From positions 14,376 through 78,375 of the forward strand of contig JAQCIQ010000009.1 in NCBI GenBank assembly GCA_027592025.1: a DNA stretch of 64,000 nucleotides, read 5' to 3'. Under the pieces are notes generated by a model. The model was not told the DNA's origin, searched no databases, and saw only the letters and a list, made by a program, of their open reading frames with translations. This DNA comes from Bacteroidota bacterium (GTDB lineage Bacteria > Bacteroidota > Bacteroidia > Flavobacteriales > Flavobacteriaceae). Both the position numbers and the translations under genes were made by a program. Below are positions 19,096-30,165 of this stretch, in pieces (the stretch's first letter is position 1; each line of letters starts with the position of its first letter).

Positions 19096-20120
19096 TTCTC
19101 AGCAGTTCGGGACAAAATAGCCTTGTTTATGGCCTTAATGAGAGCAGGACCTTCGTATATAAACCCAGTGTAAAGTTGCAGCAGTGTGGCGCCGGCGTCA
19201 AGTTTTTCTATAGCGTCCTGCGCAGAATGAATGCCGCCAACTCCAATGATTGGAAAGGCTTGCTTGCTGTTAGCAGACAAATACCTGATTACTTCTGTTG
19301 ATCGCTTGGAAAGGGGTTTGCCACTAAGGCCTCCTGTTTCGCTTTTATTTTTGGACTTTAAACCTTCCCTAGAAATGGTCGTATTGGTAGCTATAACGCC
19401 ATCTATTTTTGTCGTGTCGACAATCTCAATGATGTCATCCAATTGCCGATCTGTCAAATCTGGCGCAATTTTTAATAGAATTGGCTTAGGATTTACTTTT
19501 ACAGCATTGTCGGCCTTAATGGCATTTAACAAAGCGGTCAATGGCTCTCGATCTTGCAAGGCTCTCAAGTTTGGTGTGTTCGGAGAGCTCACATTGACAA
19601 CAAAATAATCCACATATGGGAAAAGTGCTTCGAAACAAATGCGATAGTCTTCCAGTGCATTGTCGTTTTCTGTAATCTTATTTTTTCCAATATTTCCACC
19701 AATTAAGATCCCAGGATTTTTCTTTAATCGCTGAACAGCATCCTCGACTCCTCTGTTGTTAAATCCCATTCTATTGATGATGGCTTGATCGGACTTTAAC
19801 CGAAATAAGCGTCTCTTAGGATTACCATCTTGAGCCTTGGGAGTTAAAGTGCCAATTTCTATAAAACCAAAACCAAAATTGGATAATTCACAAAACAATT
19901 TGGCATCTTTATCAAATCCAGCGGCAAGGCCAACGGGATTTTTAAATTTTAACCCAAAGACCTGACGCTCCAGCCTTGAGTCTGTCAATGTGAACCGCCA
20001 TTGAAGGAAAGAGCCAACAAAGGGAATGAAGTGAATCCACTTGATCATTGTAAAAGAGAAATGATGCACAGATTCAGGATCAAAACAAAATAAGAGTGGT
20101 CTAATTAATTTTTTATACAT
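19083..20120 (-). CDS. pyrD: Dihydroorotate dehydrogenase (quinone), class 2
   Basis: [20 protein letters not shown] and IGVGGI motifs. ATG at 20120 ([11 protein letters not shown]); the track start at 20132 is GTG. Confidence 0.9.
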   Translation of the reverse strand: MYKKLIRPLLFCFDPESVHHFSFTMIKWIHFIPFVGSFLQWRFTLTDSRLERQVFGLKFKNPVGLAAGFDKDAKLFCELSNFGFGFIEIGTLTPKAQDGNPKRRLFRLKSDQAIINRMGFNNRGVEDAVQRLKKNPGILIGGNIGKNKITENDNALEDYRICFEALFPYVDYFVVNVSSPNTPNLRALQDREPLTALLNAIKADNAVKVNPKPILLKIAPDLTDRQLDDIIEIVDTTKIDGVIATNTTISREGLKSKNKSETGGLSGKPLSKRSTEVIRYLSANSKQAFPIIGVGGIHSAQDAIEKLDAGATLLQLYTGFIYEGPALIKAINKAILSRTAEKWGQ

Positions 20121-20137
20121 ATCGCGGAACACTGAGA

Positions 20138-20145
20138 CAAAGGTA
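20138..20145 (-). promoter_or_regulatory. Candidate -7 promoter box for pyrD
   Basis: Minus-strand TACCTTTG, 17 nt upstream of the ATG at 20120. Confidence 0.4.
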
Positions 20146-20203
20146 CTTGAATCGTCTTAACTAAAAAAGCACATAGTCCTATGGAAAGTTGAATCTTATA
20201 AAG

Positions 20204-20211
20204 TATTTTTG
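20204..20211 (+). promoter_or_regulatory. Candidate -7 promoter box for pepT
   Basis: TATTTTTG, 25 nt upstream of the ATG at 20237. Confidence 0.4.
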
Positions 20212-20236
20212 ACGTTATATCAACAATCTTACAATC

Positions 20237-21478
20237 ATGACTGAACAAGCCCTACTGGATAGATTTTTAAAATACGTTCGAATCGATACGGAGTCAAATC
20301 CGGCATCTGATAGTACCCCTAGTTCTTCGAAACAATGGGACTTGGCCAATTTGTTGTTTGAAGAACTGAAACAAATTGGCATGACAGAAGTCACCATAGA
20401 CGACAATTCCTATGTGATGGCCACTCTCCCATCCAACGTCAGCCATGAGGTACCTGCCATTGGTTTTGTTTCTCATTTTGACACTACCCCTGATTTTACT
20501 GGAGCGAACGTCAAACCTCAAATTATAGAAAATTACGACGGCAAAGCGATTGCTTTGAAAGGTGTTCCCGATAAATTTTTGTCACCAGAAGAATTTGACG
20601 ACTTGTTACTCTACAAAGGCCAAACTCTAATCACTACCGATGGAACAACCCTTTTGGGAGCCGACGACAAGGCAGGTGTCGCAGAAATCGTGTCTGCAAT
20701 GGAATATCTCATTCAGAATCCTCAAATTAAGCATGGTAAAATAAGAATTTGTTTTACTCCAGATGAAGAAATTGGTCGAGGGGCACACAAATTTGATGTT
20801 AAAGAATTTGGAGCGGAATGGGCCTATACGATGGATGGCAGTCAAATTGGTGAATTGGAATATGAAAATTTTAATGCTGCCGATTGCAAAGTAACCATTA
20901 GAGGTAAAATTGTACATCCTGGTTATGCCAAAGGCAAAATGGAAAACGCCTTATACTACGCCACTGAGTTCATCAATTCCCTACCGAGAACGGAAACTCC
21001 GGAACAAACCGAAGGATACGAAGGTTTTTTTCATCTGTCGCGGTGTAACGGGAATGTGGATCAAACGGTATTGGAATACATTATTCGGGATCACGATTTT
21101 GACAAATTTCAGGCGCGTAAAAACTTCATGCGTGAGGTTGCCGACAACCTCAACAATAAATACGGCAAGAGCATTGTAGAGCTCAATATGAAAGACCAAT
21201 ACTTCAACATGAAAACCAAGGTCGAGCCAGTAATGTTTATCGTCGATATCGCGGAGGAAGCTATGAAGCAAGAGGGGATTAAACCTCTAATCAAAGCCAT
21301 TAGAGGAGGGACCGATGGTTCTCAATTGAGTTATATGGGTCTGCCTTGCCCTAATATCTTCGCAGGTGGACATAACTTTCATGGACCTTACGAATATGTG
21401 CCTTTACAAAGCATGCAAAAAGCAATGGCGGTTATCTGTAGAATTACAGAACTAACCGCCATGAGGTATTCAAAATAA
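20237..21478 (+). CDS. pepT: Peptidase T (tripeptide aminopeptidase, M20B)
   Basis: [26 protein letters not shown] and PDEEIG, 413 aa. Confidence 0.9.
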   Translation: MTEQALLDRFLKYVRIDTESNPASDSTPSSSKQWDLANLLFEELKQIGMTEVTIDDNSYVMATLPSNVSHEVPAIGFVSHFDTTPDFTGANVKPQIIENYDGKAIALKGVPDKFLSPEEFDDLLLYKGQTLITTDGTTLLGADDKAGVAEIVSAMEYLIQNPQIKHGKIRICFTPDEEIGRGAHKFDVKEFGAEWAYTMDGSQIGELEYENFNAADCKVTIRGKIVHPGYAKGKMENALYYATEFINSLPRTETPEQTEGYEGFFHLSRCNGNVDQTVLEYIIRDHDFDKFQARKNFMREVADNLNNKYGKSIVELNMKDQYFNMKTKVEPVMFIVDIAEEAMKQEGIKPLIKAIRGGTDGSQLSYMGLPCPNIFAGGHNFHGPYEYVPLQSMQKAMAVICRITELTAMRYSK

Positions 21479-21488
21479 TTAAAGCTAT

Positions 21489-21773
21489 TTATTCAGCAGC
21501 AGTTTTATTGGCTTTTTGACTCATTTCCATAGAAATGGCTGAAATTTCAAAGCGAATTTTACCAGCCATGGTTTCTAATACACAAGTACCGTTCTTACTC
21601 AATTCAGAGACTCTACCATGCAAACCACTTTTGGTTACTACCCTGTCGCCTTTTTTAATTTCAGCAGCAAATTGTCTTTCTTTTTTTGCTCTCTTCATTT
21701 GAGGAGCAATCATAAAAAAGTACAAAACCGCAAACATTAAAATAAACGGCGCAAATTGGCTTAATCCTTCCAT
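21489..21773 (-). CDS. yajC: Preprotein translocase subunit YajC
   Basis: Single N-terminal TM followed by KKGDRVVTKSGLHGRV, 94 aa. Confidence 0.85.
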   Translation of the reverse strand: MEGLSQFAPFILMFAVLYFFMIAPQMKRAKKERQFAAEIKKGDRVVTKSGLHGRVSELSKNGTCVLETMAGKIRFEISAISMEMSQKANKTAAE

Positions 21774-21776
21774 AAT

Positions 21777-22268
21777 TTATTTGATAACTGAAGGGCTTAT
21801 TTGTGGCGTTGCTTGAACAGCTCCGCTATTCTTAATGAAAGCAGAGATTTTCACTGTTTCAGTACCTTTTTCAGTATTCGTAGTTAGAGTAACTGTCTTG
21901 GAAACTTTGTTAGCGCCTTTACCGTTAAATTTAACCGTAAATTGGGCAGTAGCTCCTGGAGCCAGAGGCTCTTTACTCCAATCTTGAGGCACAGTACAAC
22001 CGCAAGTACTCTTGATGTCCGTTACAACCAGTGGAGAGCGTCCAACGTTAGTGTAGGAGAAGGTAGTTTCTACTGGTGTTCCGTCGGCGATTTCACCGAA
22101 ATCATGCTCAACTCTATCAAATTGGATAACTGGATAGACAATATCTTGAGAATCACGCGTGGCAGCCTGCTCAACATTTTCTGGATTGATTTTTGAAGCG
22201 GCGTTATCTTTACATGAGCTTGCAAATACAAACAAACTCATTGCAGAAAGAAGAAATACTCTTTTCAT
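21777..22268 (-). CDS. DUF1573 domain protein
   Basis: Signal/lipobox-like FVFASSC and the characteristic IKSTCGCTVP motif. The nusB-DUF1573-yajC synteny also fits. Confidence 0.7.
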   Translation of the reverse strand: MKRVFLLSAMSLFVFASSCKDNAASKINPENVEQAATRDSQDIVYPVIQFDRVEHDFGEIADGTPVETTFSYTNVGRSPLVVTDIKSTCGCTVPQDWSKEPLAPGATAQFTVKFNGKGANKVSKTVTLTTNTEKGTETVKISAFIKNSGAVQATPQISPSVIK

Positions 22269-22314
22269 ATGTAATTTATTTTCAGGTTTAACGGGTGTAA
22301 ATTTAGTGATTTTT

Positions 22315-23280
22315 TCAGAGCAAACCGCGGCCTATTTTATTCAACTCATTGGACGCCATGTATTCTTTGATGATCTTGTCTAATATTCCATTGACAAATA
22401 TGCTGCTCTTTGGTGTTGAAAACTCTTTAGCCAATTCAATGTATTCGTCAATAGTAACAAAAACAGGTAGTTGTGGAAATTCTTTGAATTCACAAATCGC
22501 CATTTGCAGCAATACCATGTCTAGACGAGCAATGCGCTCTTGATCCCAATTCTCGGTTTTTTTAGACACCTCCTCTTGATAAGCATTGCCATTGAGAATC
22601 GTTTTGGTCATAAGATCGATTGCAAACTGTTCATCTTCATGATCATTAAAAATATCAACCATGAAATAATCAGGAGCTATTGGATCCTTAACCTTGGCGA
22701 GTCTTTTCAGAAGAAGACTGTTTACTACAGGAAGATCAACATCCCACGTCAAACGATGATCGCTAAAAAAATCGTGTAATTTTTCATTTGGTGCAATCAC
22801 ATTTTTAAACAGTGCGGTCATCTGAAGCCGGTCTGCTTCAAAATCCGGTTTTTTTACGCAAGACTGTGAACTGAATTCTTTATCAGTCCAAATGGCTTTA
22901 AAAACGAGGTCTATATATTCTGGATAGTTTTTCCATAAGTCGATATGTCTTCGTCGCATTTCCTCTTCCAAAAACTCATTGGTCACAATATGGTTGAGAA
23001 TACGATTGTTTACCAAATTTTCACACATCATCCTTTCTTGATCCTGAAGGATGTGTTTTTGCTCATAGAATTGAAGTTGACGACTTGCCTTTTTATGAAT
23101 CCCAACAAATAGTGCCAGCTGAAGCAAATAAAAATCGTAGACCCCGAGCATACTCTCCTTGAGAAGAGACTTTACGGCAACTAGATTGGCTTGTTCGCCT
23201 TCGCTGTTCGCAAAAAGCAACTGCATTACCTTGGTGCGAATATGCCTTCGCGTTAGCAGACTTTGCTGGTTTTTGGACAT
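22315..23280 (-). CDS. nusB: Transcription antitermination factor NusB (long Bacteroidota form)
   Basis: C-terminal NusB fold (RIARLDMVLLQMAICEF...IDEYIELAKEFSTPKSSIFVNGILDK) with a long N-terminal extension. Confidence 0.75.
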   Translation of the reverse strand: MSKNQQSLLTRRHIRTKVMQLLFANSEGEQANLVAVKSLLKESMLGVYDFYLLQLALFVGIHKKASRQLQFYEQKHILQDQERMMCENLVNNRILNHIVTNEFLEEEMRRRHIDLWKNYPEYIDLVFKAIWTDKEFSSQSCVKKPDFEADRLQMTALFKNVIAPNEKLHDFFSDHRLTWDVDLPVVNSLLLKRLAKVKDPIAPDYFMVDIFNDHEDEQFAIDLMTKTILNGNAYQEEVSKKTENWDQERIARLDMVLLQMAICEFKEFPQLPVFVTIDEYIELAKEFSTPKSSIFVNGILDKIIKEYMASNELNKIGRGLL

Positions 23281-24390
23281 CTAAACTTGAGTATGGATTT
23301 TCGGTTGTTTGGCCTGTGCAATCCTTTCATTAGCCATTTTCATTGCCGCCTCATTTGGAGTAATATTCTCATCTCTTGAGCGCTCAAGAATTTTTGTAGT
23401 AGTGTGATAAATGTTTTTGGTCTTATTCATAATTTCCTGACGACCATAACCTTCAAGTTCAGCAAACACGTTGATTATTCCGCCAGCATTGATTAAAAAG
23501 TCCGGTGCATAAATAATTCCCCTTGACTTGAGCATTTCTCCATGTTTTTTGGCGTCAGCCAATTGATTATTGGCAGCACCGGCGATGATATCGGTCTGAA
23601 GATTCTCGGCGGAGTAGTCGTTGATGGAAGCTCCCAAAGCGCAAGGTGCATAAATGTCCATTTTGAGAGAACAAATGTCAGAACCACTAAATATGGAAGC
23701 TCCATATCGCTCACTGACAAACTTCAAACGCTCTTTATCAATATCGGTTATAAGCACCTTTGCCCCCTCGTTGGTCAAATGCTCTACTAAAGCTTCACCG
23801 ACATGACCCACGCCTTCAACCAAAATTACTTTATCTTCCAAAACATCTGTTCCATGCTTGAAAGCAGAAGCTGCTTTCATGCCCATGTAAACTCCGTAGG
23901 CCGTCACAGGCGAAGGATTTCCAGCCCCTCCTCTAGATTCTGAAATCCCCGTAACGTAGGGCGTCACATCTCTGATAGCGTCCATGTCTTCCGTTTCCAT
24001 CCCCATATCTTCTGCGGTGATGTAAGCTCCACTAAGACCATGAACAAATTCAGCAAACCGTCGCATCAATGCAGGAGTCTTGTCTTTTTTGGGATCACCG
24101 ATGATTACAGCCTTTCCACCACCTAGATTTAATCCAGTAATGGCCGATTTAAAGGTCATGCCTCGAGATAATCGAAGAACATCGTTGATGGCCTCCATTT
24201 CATTGTTATAAAGCCGCATTCTGGTTCCTCCAAGGGCTGGCCCAAGAGTGGTACTGTGAATGCCAATTATTGCTTTCAATCCAGTATCTTTGTCGTTGCA
24301 AAAAAGAATTTGTTCGTGATTGTCAAATGAGCTGTGACCAAAGATGGGAGCATCCATTTGGAATTGGGATTCAATTTTTGAAATCATCAT
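23281..24390 (-). CDS. Leucine (Glu/Leu/Phe/Val) dehydrogenase
   Basis: Catalytic-Lys region NLGGGKAVIIGDP and Rossmann motif VEGVGHVG, 369 aa. Confidence 0.8.
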   Translation of the reverse strand: MMISKIESQFQMDAPIFGHSSFDNHEQILFCNDKDTGLKAIIGIHSTTLGPALGGTRMRLYNNEMEAINDVLRLSRGMTFKSAITGLNLGGGKAVIIGDPKKDKTPALMRRFAEFVHGLSGAYITAEDMGMETEDMDAIRDVTPYVTGISESRGGAGNPSPVTAYGVYMGMKAASAFKHGTDVLEDKVILVEGVGHVGEALVEHLTNEGAKVLITDIDKERLKFVSERYGASIFSGSDICSLKMDIYAPCALGASINDYSAENLQTDIIAGAANNQLADAKKHGEMLKSRGIIYAPDFLINAGGIINVFAELEGYGRQEIMNKTKNIYHTTTKILERSRDENITPNEAAMKMANERIAQAKQPKIHTQV

Positions 24391-24432
24391 GTCAAAAAAT
24401 TTTCAGAAAAATCTAAATGGGTTTTTCCGCTG

Positions 24433-24440
24433 CAAAAGTA
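24433..24440 (-). promoter_or_regulatory. Candidate -7 promoter box for the leuDH-nusB-DUF1573-yajC operon
   Basis: Minus-strand TACTTTTG, 42 nt upstream of the ATG at 24390. Confidence 0.35.
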
Positions 24441-24512
24441 AAACTTTATTAACGGTTCCACAAAGGTTTATTTTTCACCTTCCTTTGAAAGCCCAATTTT
24501 ATTAAAATTTTC

Positions 24513-26258
24513 ATGAAGGCTCTACTTTATTTGAATTCCTACTTTTTGAAATACAAGTGGTCCATGCTCTTCGGCATTCTGATTACCATTGCAGCCAAAA
24601 TTTTCTCTTTGTTTACCCCTAAACTTATTGGTAATCTGGTTGACGTTATTTCTAGCTTTTTATCTAGTGACCGCTCCAGTTTAGTTCAATTTAAAGCGGA
24701 TTTATTTATTAACATCAGCCTATTGATTGGCTCAGCACTGCTGGCAGGTTTGTTTACTTTTTTCATGAGGCAAACGATCATCAATGTCTCGAGATATGTG
24801 GAATTCGATTTGAAAAATGAAATCTATAAACAGTACCAAAGACTCTCTTTGAGTTTTTACAAATCAAATCGCACTGGTGATTTGATGAGCCGCATCAGTG
24901 AAGACGTCAGCAAGGTTCGCATGTATGTTGGTCCAGCCATTATGTACACCATGAATATGGTGACTTTATTTATTGTTGCGTTCATCAATATGTATAGGAA
25001 AGCGCCTTCTCTAACTCTTTATATCATCATACCGCTGCCCCTTTTGTCTTTGAGCATCTATTATCTCAGCCGACAAATCAACATTCGAAGTACAGAGGTT
25101 CAACAACATTTGTCCACCTTGTCAGCGTTCACTCAGGAGGCCTTTAGTGGTATTGCTATTTTAAAATCGTTTGCCATAGAACCATTGTCCAACCGAGAAT
25201 TCCAATCGCTAGCCGATACCCAGCGCGAGAAGCAAATCAATCTTACAAAAGTACAAGCGCTGTTTTTTCCAATGATGCTCTTGCTCATAGGGTTCAGTAA
25301 CATATTGGTACTCTATATTGGTGGCAAGCAATACATGGATGGCACCATTAAGGAATTTGGAACCATCGTTGAGTTTCTTGTTTATGTCAACATGTTAACT
25401 TGGCCAGTTGCGACCCTAGGCTGGGTTACCTCAATCGTTCAGGAGGCTGAGGCTTCCCAACAAAGGATCAACGATTTTCTTTTGATAAAACCAGAAATTC
25501 AGAACCCTAGCTTAGAGCCTTTCCAAATCAAAGGTTCTATTCGTTTCGAAAATGTCAATTTCACTTATCCCGACACCAACATTAAGGCCATCAACAATCT
25601 TAGTTTCTCTATTGGTGCAGGAGAAACACTAGCCATTATTGGAAAAACTGGGGTAGGAAAATCATCTATTTTAGACCTCATTTCACGACTGTATGACCCC
25701 GAATCGGGTACCATTTACATTGACGAACAAGATATTTCCAAGGTCAATTTGAATGATTTGAGACGCCAAATTGGCTATGTTACCCAGGAAGCCTTTTTGT
25801 TTTCGGACAGCATAAGGAACAACATCCGTTTTGGACGCCTCGAAGCAAGCGACGAAGAAATCATTGAATCAGCGAAAATTGCTGACCTAGACGACAACAT
25901 TACATCATTTGCCAAAGGCTACGACACCTTGCTAGGAGAACGGGGCGTGACACTTTCAGGTGGTCAAAAACAACGCATGTCAATCGCGCGCTCAATTGTT
26001 AAAAATCCTGTTATTTTACTGCTGGACGATTGTCTTTCGGCAGTGGACACAAAAACTGAAGAGCGCATTTTAAAAAACTTGAAACCCATTATAGCGAAAA
26101 GAACTACCATCATTGTTTCGCACAGGATTTCTTCAATTAAGAATGCCGATCACATTTTGGTTATTGAAAACGGCAGTGTTGTCCAAAGTGGAAAACACAA
26201 AGACCTGATAGGGTCTCCAGGCTACTATCAACTGATTTATCAAGAGCAACATTCCTAG
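24513..26258 (+). CDS. ABC exporter, fused permease/ATPase (MsbA-like)
   Basis: Six-TM N-terminal domain, Walker A GKTGVGKSS, signature LSGGQKQR and Walker B LLLDD. Confidence 0.85.
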   Translation: MKALLYLNSYFLKYKWSMLFGILITIAAKIFSLFTPKLIGNLVDVISSFLSSDRSSLVQFKADLFINISLLIGSALLAGLFTFFMRQTIINVSRYVEFDLKNEIYKQYQRLSLSFYKSNRTGDLMSRISEDVSKVRMYVGPAIMYTMNMVTLFIVAFINMYRKAPSLTLYIIIPLPLLSLSIYYLSRQINIRSTEVQQHLSTLSAFTQEAFSGIAILKSFAIEPLSNREFQSLADTQREKQINLTKVQALFFPMMLLLIGFSNILVLYIGGKQYMDGTIKEFGTIVEFLVYVNMLTWPVATLGWVTSIVQEAEASQQRINDFLLIKPEIQNPSLEPFQIKGSIRFENVNFTYPDTNIKAINNLSFSIGAGETLAIIGKTGVGKSSILDLISRLYDPESGTIYIDEQDISKVNLNDLRRQIGYVTQEAFLFSDSIRNNIRFGRLEASDEEIIESAKIADLDDNITSFAKGYDTLLGERGVTLSGGQKQRMSIARSIVKNPVILLLDDCLSAVDTKTEERILKNLKPIIAKRTTIIVSHRISSIKNADHILVIENGSVVQSGKHKDLIGSPGYYQLIYQEQHS

Positions 26259-26307
26259 TTTAGACCTGAAAAAGCTCTTTAAAACGTCTTATTGGACTAT
26301 TTTTTTA

Positions 26308-26315
26308 TACATTTG
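26308..26315 (+). promoter_or_regulatory. Candidate -7 promoter box
   Basis: TACATTTG, 20 nt upstream of the ATG at 26336. Confidence 0.4.
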
Positions 26316-26335
26316 AGAAACCTAGTTAATCTTCA

Positions 26336-26671
26336 ATGGTTATGGAAAATGAAGCTGTTTTTTCTAAAGTACTAAGAGCTGGACGCCGAACTTACTTTTT
26401 TGATGTCCGGGAGACTAAGGCTGGAGACCACTATTTGACCATTACTGAGAGTAAGAAATTCACTAACGAAGACGGGAGTTTTCAATTCAAAAAACATAAA
26501 GTATATCTGTATAAAGAGGATATGGCTGAATTTAAAAACATGCTCGGTGATACCTTACATTTCATAGAATCCTCTGAAGGACCCCCTAAATCTTCTTCAA
26601 CTGAGGACCGACAATCATCCGAGCAAGATCATACCAGCCCATATACTGACCTGAGTTTTGACGACATTTAA
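26336..26671 (+). CDS. DUF3276 / PUR-alpha-like nucleic-acid-binding protein
   Basis: VFSKVLRAGRRTYFFDVRETKAGDHYLTITESKKF...FKKHKVYLYKEDMAEF is the PUR-repeat-like pattern I recall for Bacteroidota DUF3276. The tail is acidic and Ser-rich. Confidence 0.6.
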   Translation: MVMENEAVFSKVLRAGRRTYFFDVRETKAGDHYLTITESKKFTNEDGSFQFKKHKVYLYKEDMAEFKNMLGDTLHFIESSEGPPKSSSTEDRQSSEQDHTSPYTDLSFDDI

Positions 26672-26702
26672 TCTTATTTATTTAACACTTTAATACTACT
26701 TG

Positions 26703-29219
26703 ATGAGACTTCTAATCGTTGGATTTATTTTGCTCTCTGGGCAAATGTTTGGTCAAAAAGACCTATCAGCAAACTACTACCTTCCCCAAGATGTGACCTA
26801 CAACAGTAAAATTCCCACTCCAGCATCGGTAATTGGACATGAAGTTGGAGAATGGCATGTCACCCATGACAAGTTGGTTCAGTACATGTATGCTGTTGCT
26901 GCCGCTTCTGACCGTATATCCATTGTAAGTCGTGGAACGACATTTGAAGGCCGTCCGTTGCTCTTGCTTACCATAACCTCTACTCAAAATCACGCGAATT
27001 TAGAGAGCATCCATAAAAATCACCTCAAAAGAACAAATGAAGACGTCAGTCCGAGTGAAATTGAAAAATCTCCCATTGTGGTTTATCAGGGTTTTTCGAT
27101 TCACGGCAATGAACCCAGCGGATCAAATGCTGCTTTAATGGTGGCTTATTATTTGGCTGCTGCTCAAGACCCTCAAATTGACGCACTGCTCAACAACACA
27201 GTCATATTGTTTGACCCTTCTTTTAATCCTGATGGCTTGCAAAGGTTTGCCTATTGGGCGAATACCAACAGAAATAAAAATCTGACTACAGACGGTAACG
27301 ATAGAGAATACCATGAGGTTTGGCCAGGAGGTCGTTCTAATCATTATTGGTTTGACATGAATCGAGACTGGCTTCCTGTTCAACTTCCAGAGTCGAGAGC
27401 GAGGCTGGTTACCTTTCACGATTGGCTGCCAAACATATTGACAGACCATCACGAAATGGGCACCAATTCTAGCTTCTTTTTTCAGCCAGGAATTCCTGAG
27501 CGCACTCATCCATTGACTCCTTCAATGAACCAAGAACTCACTCGAAAAATTGGCACCTATCACGCTGCAGCACTCGACCAAATTGGATCATTATATTATT
27601 CCGAAGAAGATTATGACGACTTTTATTACGGTAAAGGATCGACCTTCCCTGACATCAACGGAAGCGTAGGTATATTATTTGAGCAAGCCAGTTCAAGAGG
27701 CCATGTTCAGGAAAGTGACAACGGAATTTTGACATTTGCTTTTACCATTCGCAATCAATTTACAGCTGCCCTTTCTACCTTGAAAGCCGCGGTAGAAATG
27801 AGAAAAGAAATGCTAAATTATCAGTATGACTTTTTCAAAGCAAGACGCGACCAAATCAGCAATGCGAAAACCAACGCCTATTTGGTCGGCGATCAAAAGG
27901 ATGTCTCGAAAATGACTCACTTTTTAGATATTTTACTCAGACATCAAATCAAAGTTCATCAACTCGATTCCGATATTACTCTAAACGGCAAAAACTTTAA
28001 AGCAGGTAAGAGTTATGTTATACCTAAAGACCAAAAAAATAAGACCCTTTTAAATGCCATGTTTGAAAAAAGAACCTCTTTTCAAGACAGTCTTTTCTAT
28101 GACATCTCGGCATGGAGTTTCCCTTTAGCCTTTAATTTAGATTTTGCCGACAACGGAAATACCAAACTGTCTGGTGCACCAATTGAAAAGGCAGAATTCA
28201 ACAAAGGAACAATTACGACCAAAAGCAATTATGCCTATCTTTTTGAATGGCATGATTACTACGCTCCTAAACTGGCCTATCGCTTGTTGAGTAAAGGTGT
28301 GCATCTCAAAGTGGGAAAATCTCCATTTAGTCAAAATGATGTTAACTTTGACTATGGGACTATCATGATCCCAGCTCAAAATCAGAGCATGTCTTCCGAA
28401 GAATTGTTTCAAATAATCGATGAAGCTTTAGCTGGCATTCCAGTGCAAGTTTTTGGAGTAGGAACTGGTTTGAATAAAGGCATTGATCTAGGAAGCGGAG
28501 AATTTAGCACCTTAAAATTACCCAAAATTGGGTTGTTTGTGGGTGGCGGAGTCAACCCACACGACGCTGGAGAAATGTGGCATATGCTTGACCAACGTTT
28601 TGACATACCCATCAGCAAACTGGATGTAGACGATTTATCAGGCATGGATTTAAGCCGATATAATGTGTTGATTGCTTCCAATATGAGAGGGTCTTTAAGT
28701 GAAGGAGCGGAAAAAAATCTCAAATCTTGGATAGAAGATGGCGGCACCCTAGTGGCCTACGGATCGGTTTTGACTTGGTTGGCCAAGAAAGAGTGGCTTA
28801 ATGCCAAGTTCAAATCAACTACTCAGGTTGCAAAAAACATTAGTTTCGATCAAAAATCGAATTTTCAAGGCGCTCAGGTTGTGGGAGGTGCCATTTTTAA
28901 TTCTAAAATTGACCGCTCGCATCCCATAAATTTTGGGACTTTGGGCAATGAGTTGCCGGTTTTTAGAAACAGTACGATGTTTATGGAAGCCGATAAAGAC
29001 AGTTACAACAATCCTGTTCAATATACTGACAGTCCTTTGTTGAGCGGTTACATTTCAACGACCAATTTGGACAGCCTCAAAGGAACTTCGGCCGTCAAAA
29101 TTCAGCGATTAGGGCGTGGTCGAATTGTTGGTATTGTCAACAATACCGCCTTCAGAGCGTTTTGGTTTGGAACTAATAAACTTCTTTTAAATTCAATATT
29201 TTTCAGAGAAGAATTCTAG
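26703..29219 (+). CDS. M14-family zinc carboxypeptidase with a large C-terminal extension
   Basis: Signal peptide MRLLIVGFILLSGQMFGQ and the zinc-ligand regions SIHGNEPSG and TDHHEMG. ATG at 26703; the track start at 26700 is TTG. Confidence 0.8.
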   Translation: MRLLIVGFILLSGQMFGQKDLSANYYLPQDVTYNSKIPTPASVIGHEVGEWHVTHDKLVQYMYAVAAASDRISIVSRGTTFEGRPLLLLTITSTQNHANLESIHKNHLKRTNEDVSPSEIEKSPIVVYQGFSIHGNEPSGSNAALMVAYYLAAAQDPQIDALLNNTVILFDPSFNPDGLQRFAYWANTNRNKNLTTDGNDREYHEVWPGGRSNHYWFDMNRDWLPVQLPESRARLVTFHDWLPNILTDHHEMGTNSSFFFQPGIPERTHPLTPSMNQELTRKIGTYHAAALDQIGSLYYSEEDYDDFYYGKGSTFPDINGSVGILFEQASSRGHVQESDNGILTFAFTIRNQFTAALSTLKAAVEMRKEMLNYQYDFFKARRDQISNAKTNAYLVGDQKDVSKMTHFLDILLRHQIKVHQLDSDITLNGKNFKAGKSYVIPKDQKNKTLLNAMFEKRTSFQDSLFYDISAWSFPLAFNLDFADNGNTKLSGAPIEKAEFNKGTITTKSNYAYLFEWHDYYAPKLAYRLLSKGVHLKVGKSPFSQNDVNFDYGTIMIPAQNQSMSSEELFQIIDEALAGIPVQVFGVGTGLNKGIDLGSGEFSTLKLPKIGLFVGGGVNPHDAGEMWHMLDQRFDIPISKLDVDDLSGMDLSRYNVLIASNMRGSLSEGAEKNLKSWIEDGGTLVAYGSVLTWLAKKEWLNAKFKSTTQVAKNISFDQKSNFQGAQVVGGAIFNSKIDRSHPINFGTLGNELPVFRNSTMFMEADKDSYNNPVQYTDSPLLSGYISTTNLDSLKGTSAVKIQRLGRGRIVGIVNNTAFRAFWFGTNKLLLNSIFFREEF

Positions 29220-29220
29220 C

Positions 29221-29556
29221 CTAGTTTACTGGACTTCCGTTAGGTACTGCAGATTCTGGAGCAAGCAATACCACACCTGTTTCTCCCAGAACTCCCATCA
29301 CCAAACACTGACTTTCAAAGTCAGCAATTTGACGAGGAGCTATATTTACCAAGGCCATAATCTGCCTGTTAACAAGTTCAGATTTCTGATACAAATCGGT
29401 GATTTGGGCTGACGATGTTTTGATTCCCAAGTCGCCAAAATCAATGGTCAATTGATAAGCTGGTTTTCGCACCTTGGCGAAATCTGCAACTTCAACAATT
29501 GTTCCGATTCGGAGGTCTAGACCTTGAAATTGATCAAAGGAAATGCTTGTTTTCAT
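29221..29556 (-). CDS. tRNA-binding domain protein (CsaA-like)
   Basis: OB-fold pattern F..LDLRIGTIVEV...KPAYQLTIDFGDLG...SSAQIT, 111 aa. Confidence 0.75.
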   Translation of the reverse strand: MKTSISFDQFQGLDLRIGTIVEVADFAKVRKPAYQLTIDFGDLGIKTSSAQITDLYQKSELVNRQIMALVNIAPRQIADFESQCLVMGVLGETGVVLLAPESAVPNGSPVN

Positions 29557-29607
29557 GGGTTAAAGTTACAATTTATTACGATATTTGAGCTTTATCAATT
29601 TACTGTT

Positions 29608-30165
29608 ATGGCACGTACACCGTCAAATATGCTGCCTTTAGGTACTAAGGCACCCAACTTCACTCTTCCTGACACGATCAGTGGAAAGCATCTGACTTTT
29701 AAAGACATCAAAGGAGATTATGGCACTGTGGTATTTTTTATTTGCAACCACTGCCCATTCGTTGTGCATGTTAACCATACATTGGTAGAGGTAGCAAAAG
29801 ATTACAATACTAAAGGAATAGGATTTGTAGCAATTTCAAGTAATGATGCCGAGAATTACCCCCAAGACGGTCCACGGGAAATGACAATTCACGCTGCAAC
29901 GGTAGGCTATCCATTTCCTTACCTTTATGACGAAAGTCAAGATATCGCAAGGGCATACGACGCAGCTTGTACTCCAGACATTTATTTGTTCGATAACAAT
30001 GATCAGTTGGTTTACAGAGGACAGCTTGACGATTCACGACCTGGCAATGGCATACCTTCAGATGGGTCAGACTTGAAACAAGCCATTTCAAATCTGATTG
30101 CGGGCGACAACCCCCTAGTACTTCAAAAACCAAGTATCGGCTGCAATATCAAATGGAAGTCCTAG
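29608..30165 (+). CDS. Thioredoxin-fold protein (AhpC/TSA-like)
   Basis: KAPNFTLPD...[17 protein letters not shown] at 29608 ([12 protein letters not shown]); the track's 28-aa extension overlaps the divergent gene. Confidence 0.75.
   Translation: MARTPSNMLPLGTKAPNFTLPDTISGKHLTFKDIKGDYGTVVFFICNHCPFVVHVNHTLVEVAKDYNTKGIGFVAISSNDAENYPQDGPREMTIHAATVGYPFPYLYDESQDIARAYDAACTPDIYLFDNNDQLVYRGQLDDSRPGNGIPSDGSDLKQAISNLIAGDNPLVLQKPSIGCNIKWKS

Noticed and set aside
20121-20236. A CUGAGA-containing spacer between pyrD and pepT, considered as a TPP-type riboswitch.
   Set aside because: None of the other conserved riboswitch segments or pairings is visible. The spacer is better explained by two divergent promoters.
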